Of a stretch of 60,831 nucleotides of DNA, positions 57,178 to 60,831 are shown piece after piece. The notes under the pieces were generated by a model, which saw nothing but the letters and a program-made list of their open reading frames with translations, was not told the DNA's origin and searched no databases. Numbering within the stretch: position 1 is the first letter of the stretch; every line of letters starts with the position of its first letter. Made by a program: the position numbers and the translations under genes. Origin of the DNA: Bacteroidota bacterium (GTDB lineage Bacteria; Bacteroidota; Bacteroidia; UKL13-3); NCBI GenBank assembly GCA_947446605.1, contig CANFHJ010000003.1, positions 1-60,831 of the forward strand, read 5' to 3'.

Positions 57178-57723
57178 TTAGTTAAATCTATAGCCCATTG
57201 AACAACCAAATCTTGCAAAAATGCCATTCATGGGGCCAACCCAATAATCTATTTTTTTTGTACTTTGTGTACCTTCTTTTAAGAAGCCAAAATTGAGGCT
57301 TGGACCTAAGTATACATCAAAGCTCAAGCGATTAAAGAGAAGCCATTTTCTTCCTAAAACGGCACCTATACTTAATGTATTGGTGCTTTGTTGGGCATTG
57401 TTATAATCTAGGTAAAAATAGGAGGCAAATGGTTCTGCAAACCATCCTGTGCCATTTTTTTCTTTGAAGTAATTTCTTTGTCCGAAGCATATGCCAAAGC
57501 CTGTATTATTACCAAAATAGCCTAGGTTAATGTAATTTGCAATTACATTAATACTATGTGTTTTGTTTTGGAATTTTTCCAGTTGAATTTGTGCAATTCC
57601 AAGACCAGCATAAATGGGGTTAAGTTTTATTTCTTTTGGTGTAAAAATATCCTGCTTGCCTTCATTTATTTGAGCAATTAGGTTATTGGGGAATAGTAAT
57701 ATAGCAATCAAAAAATATTTCAT
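57178..57723 (-). CDS. Small outer-membrane beta-barrel protein (paralogue 1)
   Basis: Signal peptide (LIAQ), beta-strand pattern, C-terminal FGCSMGYRFN. Its start overlaps the fmt stop by 4 nt. Confidence 0.6.
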   Translation of the reverse strand: MKYFLIAILLFPNNLIAQINEGKQDIFTPKEIKLNPIYAGLGIAQIQLEKFQNKTHSINVIANYINLGYFGNNTGFGICFGQRNYFKEKNGTGWFAEPFASYFYLDYNNAQQSTNTLSIGAVLGRKWLLFNRLSFDVYLGPSLNFGFLKEGTQSTKKIDYWVGPMNGIFARFGCSMGYRFN

Positions 57724-58634
57724 TCTTGAAGTTTATAGCCACGCAAAAACTCTTCAATTTTCATGCGTTTTTTTGATTCCAATTGCACATCTAAGACATG
57801 TATGAAGCCATCTTTGCAGGCAAATTTTAAAAAGGTTTTATGGTCGCTTTGGACCGAACCTAAGGTTGCTGAGTTGTTATTATTTGCTTCAAATTCTGCC
57901 TGGTATACTTTCATGTTTTTACCGTCTAAAACGCAAAAAGCTGCAGGGTAGGGGCTCATGCCTCTAATAAGGTTTAGAATGCTTTGTCCATTTTGTTCCC
58001 AACTAATACGACAATGTTCCTTAAAAATTTTAGGTGCAATTTTGCCTGAATTTTCAGCTTGTGGTGTTCCATTGGTATTGCCAGAAATGATTAATTCCAA
58101 TGATTTAAGCATGGTGTTAGCACCTAAATTCATGAGGGTATCATGTAATTCACCTGCTGTGCAAGTTGCCGTAATAGGGCATGTATCTTTTAATAAAATA
58201 TCGCCAGTGTCTATTTCATGTTTTAGGAAAAAGGTACTTACCCCACTTTGCGTTTCGCCATTAATAATGGCCCAATTAATGGGAGCAGCACCTCTGTAAT
58301 CTGGCAATAAGGAGGCATGCAAATTAATGGTGCCCAAGGGTGGCATGTTCCAAACCACTTCGGGTAGCATTCTAAAGGCAATTACAACTTGCAAATCTGC
58401 TTGTAGGTTTTTAAGCATTTCTAAAAATTGAGGATCCCGTAATTTTTCGGGTTGCATTACAAACAAACCCTTTTCTACGGCATATTTTTTTACGGGCGAT
58501 TGTTGCATTTGCATGCCTCTGCCCGCTGGTTTATCTGGTGCAGTGATTACCCCAACTATATTGTGGCCTGCTTCTACCATAGCTTTCAAGGATGCTACTG
58601 CAAAATCTGGTGTGCCTAAGAAAACTATTCTCAT
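57720..58634 (-). CDS. fmt: Methionyl-tRNA formyltransferase
   Basis: MRIVFLGTPDFAV, INLHASLLPDYRGAAPINWAIING and the C-terminal OB-like domain. Confidence 0.95.
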   Translation of the reverse strand: MRIVFLGTPDFAVASLKAMVEAGHNIVGVITAPDKPAGRGMQMQQSPVKKYAVEKGLFVMQPEKLRDPQFLEMLKNLQADLQVVIAFRMLPEVVWNMPPLGTINLHASLLPDYRGAAPINWAIINGETQSGVSTFFLKHEIDTGDILLKDTCPITATCTAGELHDTLMNLGANTMLKSLELIISGNTNGTPQAENSGKIAPKIFKEHCRISWEQNGQSILNLIRGMSPYPAAFCVLDGKNMKVYQAEFEANNNNSATLGSVQSDHKTFLKFACKDGFIHVLDVQLESKKRMKIEEFLRGYKLQE

Positions 58635-58638
58635 TTGC

Positions 58639-60792
58639 TTAATTGATATTGAGTTCGCTTAGAATATTTGTGGCATGGGCTACTTTTTGTAAGGTCCAAA
58701 GCACATACCTAATATCTACCGCAACACTTCTGCTATAGGCTTCATTCCAAGCGTAATCGTTAATGGTTGCAGTATAGGCTCTATCAAAATTAACCCCAAC
58801 CAAACTGCCATCTGCGTCTAATACCGGACTACCGCTGTTTCCGCCAGTTGTATCTAAGTTATAAAGGAAATTTATTGGTAAGTCATTTAAGCCTGCGTGC
58901 ATAAACTGTCCAAAATCTTTAGCGGCATATAGGTCTTTGATTACTTGTAGTAATTCATAGTCGGCACCATCTTCTTTTTCAATCACACCTTTGAGTGTGG
59001 TAAATGGTTTGTTGTATTCTGCATCATTAGGGAAATAGCCTCTTACAAAGCCATAAGTAAAACGCAAAGTAGCATTGGCATCTGGTATAAATTGCTTTTG
59101 CTTGAAGGCACTTTTTGCATCGGCATAGCTGGCAAGTAAGGCGTTTAATTTACCATTTCGCTTACTATCTATCTCATCAAAATAGTTCATTTCTACATTG
59201 ATATTTGCGCATAATTTCACCAAGCCATCTTTCATTTCAGCAAATTCATCTGCGCTATCTGCTAAAATTTTAAGCATGTATTTTTTATCGCTTAATTTGG
59301 TTTTGGCGTACAGTTTTTCTAAGAAATTTTTCCTCGCTTCTTCGCTTGGATACTTTTTATAGAATTCCTCAACTGCAGCAATTTTATTGTTATTGTTATA
59401 TGCGTGGGCATCATTAAACATTTTTAGGATACCTGGAATTTCAATAGTTGGATCCATTTGTGCGTATAACCTCTGAAAGTTTATTTTAAGTTTGGGTACC
59501 TGCACTCTCAAGAAGTTATTTTCTTCTTTTTCAGATTTTATTTGTTCGAAGCTGCGCTTATAATTATCAATAACAGCGGCCATTTGTAGGGTAGGTGCAA
59601 CAGAATAAATATAATCAAAAAACAAATTTCTTGGTGCATTGTCAATTACTTCATTGTATAAAGAATTTATTTCGGGTACCACTTTTCCAAATTGTTTATT
59701 GAGTGTTGGATCGGCCTCAATAAATTTTTGCATTTCTTTTTCTTCTGCAAATTTCTTATCGGTTAATCCAACTCGTCTAAAGCCTTGTAACTTTCCCTTG
59801 TAGTTTTTGGTGGTATTGGCCAATGATTTAATTTTGCCCGCATATTTAATTTGAAGGCTATCGTTTCCTCTGCCCAATTCTTCCATTTTATTAATTTGCC
59901 AATCGTATAAATCACTTACGTATTTAAGCATATAATTTTCGTGGTATTTGTAGAAGGCGGCAGGTTGGTTTCTAAAGGTTCTTCCTGGGTAGCCAAGAAT
60001 AAATACAAAATCATTTTCGTTGATGCCTTTGAGGTTTATTTTTAAGAAACGTTTTGGTTTAAAAGGAACGTTGTTAATGCTGTATTCAGCTGCAGAACCG
60101 TCGGGTGCTACGTATGCCCTTAAGAAGGCAAAATCGCCACTATGGCGCGGCCAAACCCAATTGTCTTTTTCGCCACCATACTCGCCAATGCTTCTTGCTG
60201 GAACATAAACCACCCGCACATCTTTGAGCAATTGGTAACGAAACAAAACATAATTTTTGCCTGTAAACATTTCAGAAATTTCACATTGCAAATTTGGGTT
60301 TGCTTTGTTTTCTGTATCTGTAATTTTCTTAATGTTATTGGCAATAATTTGCAAGCGTGTAGTTGGATCATTGGTACTTTGAGTACCCATTAATACTTGG
60401 TCTGAAACATCTGCATAGCTGGCCGTGATTTTGCAAACCAAACCTTTGGCTTGGGCTTCTTGCGAGTTGTCTTTGGCTAAAAATCCATCGCGTATGTAAT
60501 TGTTTTGTACGGTGCTCATGGCAGCTACAAAACCAAAAGCACAATGGTGATTGGTAACCATTAATCCATCATTGGAAATAAAAGAACCGGTGCAACCACC
60601 AACACGCACAATAGCATCTACCAAACTTGTTCCATTAGGGTTGTAAAGGTCGAGTGGCTCCATGCGCAAGCCAGCCTTTTTAAGGTCTATGTTTTTCATT
60701 TCAGACAATGGAAACATACCTTCATCTGCTTTATGACTGCTAAATAGGAGTGTTGTACAACTCAATAAAATTGTAAAAAGGAATTTTTTCAT
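58639..60792 (-). CDS. S46-family dipeptidyl-peptidase (DPP7/DPP11-like)
   Basis: Signal peptide; DEGMFPL; catalytic His in VTNHHC; catalytic Ser in TGGNSGSPVLD. 717 aa. Confidence 0.9.
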   Translation of the reverse strand: MKKFLFTILLSCTTLLFSSHKADEGMFPLSEMKNIDLKKAGLRMEPLDLYNPNGTSLVDAIVRVGGCTGSFISNDGLMVTNHHCAFGFVAAMSTVQNNYIRDGFLAKDNSQEAQAKGLVCKITASYADVSDQVLMGTQSTNDPTTRLQIIANNIKKITDTENKANPNLQCEISEMFTGKNYVLFRYQLLKDVRVVYVPARSIGEYGGEKDNWVWPRHSGDFAFLRAYVAPDGSAAEYSINNVPFKPKRFLKINLKGINENDFVFILGYPGRTFRNQPAAFYKYHENYMLKYVSDLYDWQINKMEELGRGNDSLQIKYAGKIKSLANTTKNYKGKLQGFRRVGLTDKKFAEEKEMQKFIEADPTLNKQFGKVVPEINSLYNEVIDNAPRNLFFDYIYSVAPTLQMAAVIDNYKRSFEQIKSEKEENNFLRVQVPKLKINFQRLYAQMDPTIEIPGILKMFNDAHAYNNNNKIAAVEEFYKKYPSEEARKNFLEKLYAKTKLSDKKYMLKILADSADEFAEMKDGLVKLCANINVEMNYFDEIDSKRNGKLNALLASYADAKSAFKQKQFIPDANATLRFTYGFVRGYFPNDAEYNKPFTTLKGVIEKEDGADYELLQVIKDLYAAKDFGQFMHAGLNDLPINFLYNLDTTGGNSGSPVLDADGSLVGVNFDRAYTATINDYAWNEAYSRSVAVDIRYVLWTLQKVAHATNILSELNIN

Positions 60793-60831
60793 ACTTGACG
60801 AAGATAATTAATATTGAGAATTGCCAAATAA

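Overview
AT-rich chromosomal segment with clear Bacteroidota features: TTG-N19-TAnnTTTG promoters, almost no Shine-Dalgarno sites, a T9SS C-terminal sorting domain, an S46 peptidase, and DUF4199/DUF4296/DUF2147 families. Nearly all of it is core housekeeping. The centre (13.1-30.0 kb) is the translation/transcription block rpsU - xerC-like recombinase - hpf - [tRNA-Thr, Tyr, Gly, Thr] - tuf - tRNA-Trp - secE - nusG - rplK - rplA - rplJ - rplL - rpoB - rpoC. The left side carries the clpB 3' end, an RNA methyltransferase, a beta-CASP RNase, a deoxynucleoside kinase, an SDR, and a tightly packed envelope cluster (BatA-like, dihydroorotase-like, acidic protein, DUF4199, GT2, GT4). The right side carries selD, a T9SS cargo protein, waaA, ugd/uxs, DNA-repair genes (uvrB, cinA, mfd, mutS2, an exonuclease-GIY-YIG fusion), a histone-H1-like Ala/Lys/Pro repeat protein, gpx, an orphan response regulator, yceI, a DsbA-like protein, ygiD, fmt and an S46 peptidase. 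I found no transposases, phage genes, CRISPR arrays or rRNA. I also found no convincing multi-gene novel system. The best leads are small-scale: (1) a lone strong SD in front of rpsU; (2) 32-bp-phased palindromes on the promoter of a DUF4143 AAA+ ATPase gene; (3) a REP/BIME-like repeat family at two convergent-gene junctions, one with a perfect 46-bp tandem duplication; (4) a dihydroorotase homologue with its metal ligands replaced, inside a glycosyltransferase operon; (5) two sub-threshold or overlapping lipoprotein-like ORFs; (6) the H1-like repeat gene behind a 560-bp extremely AT-rich leader. All family assignments come from motif recognition by eye, not from database searches.
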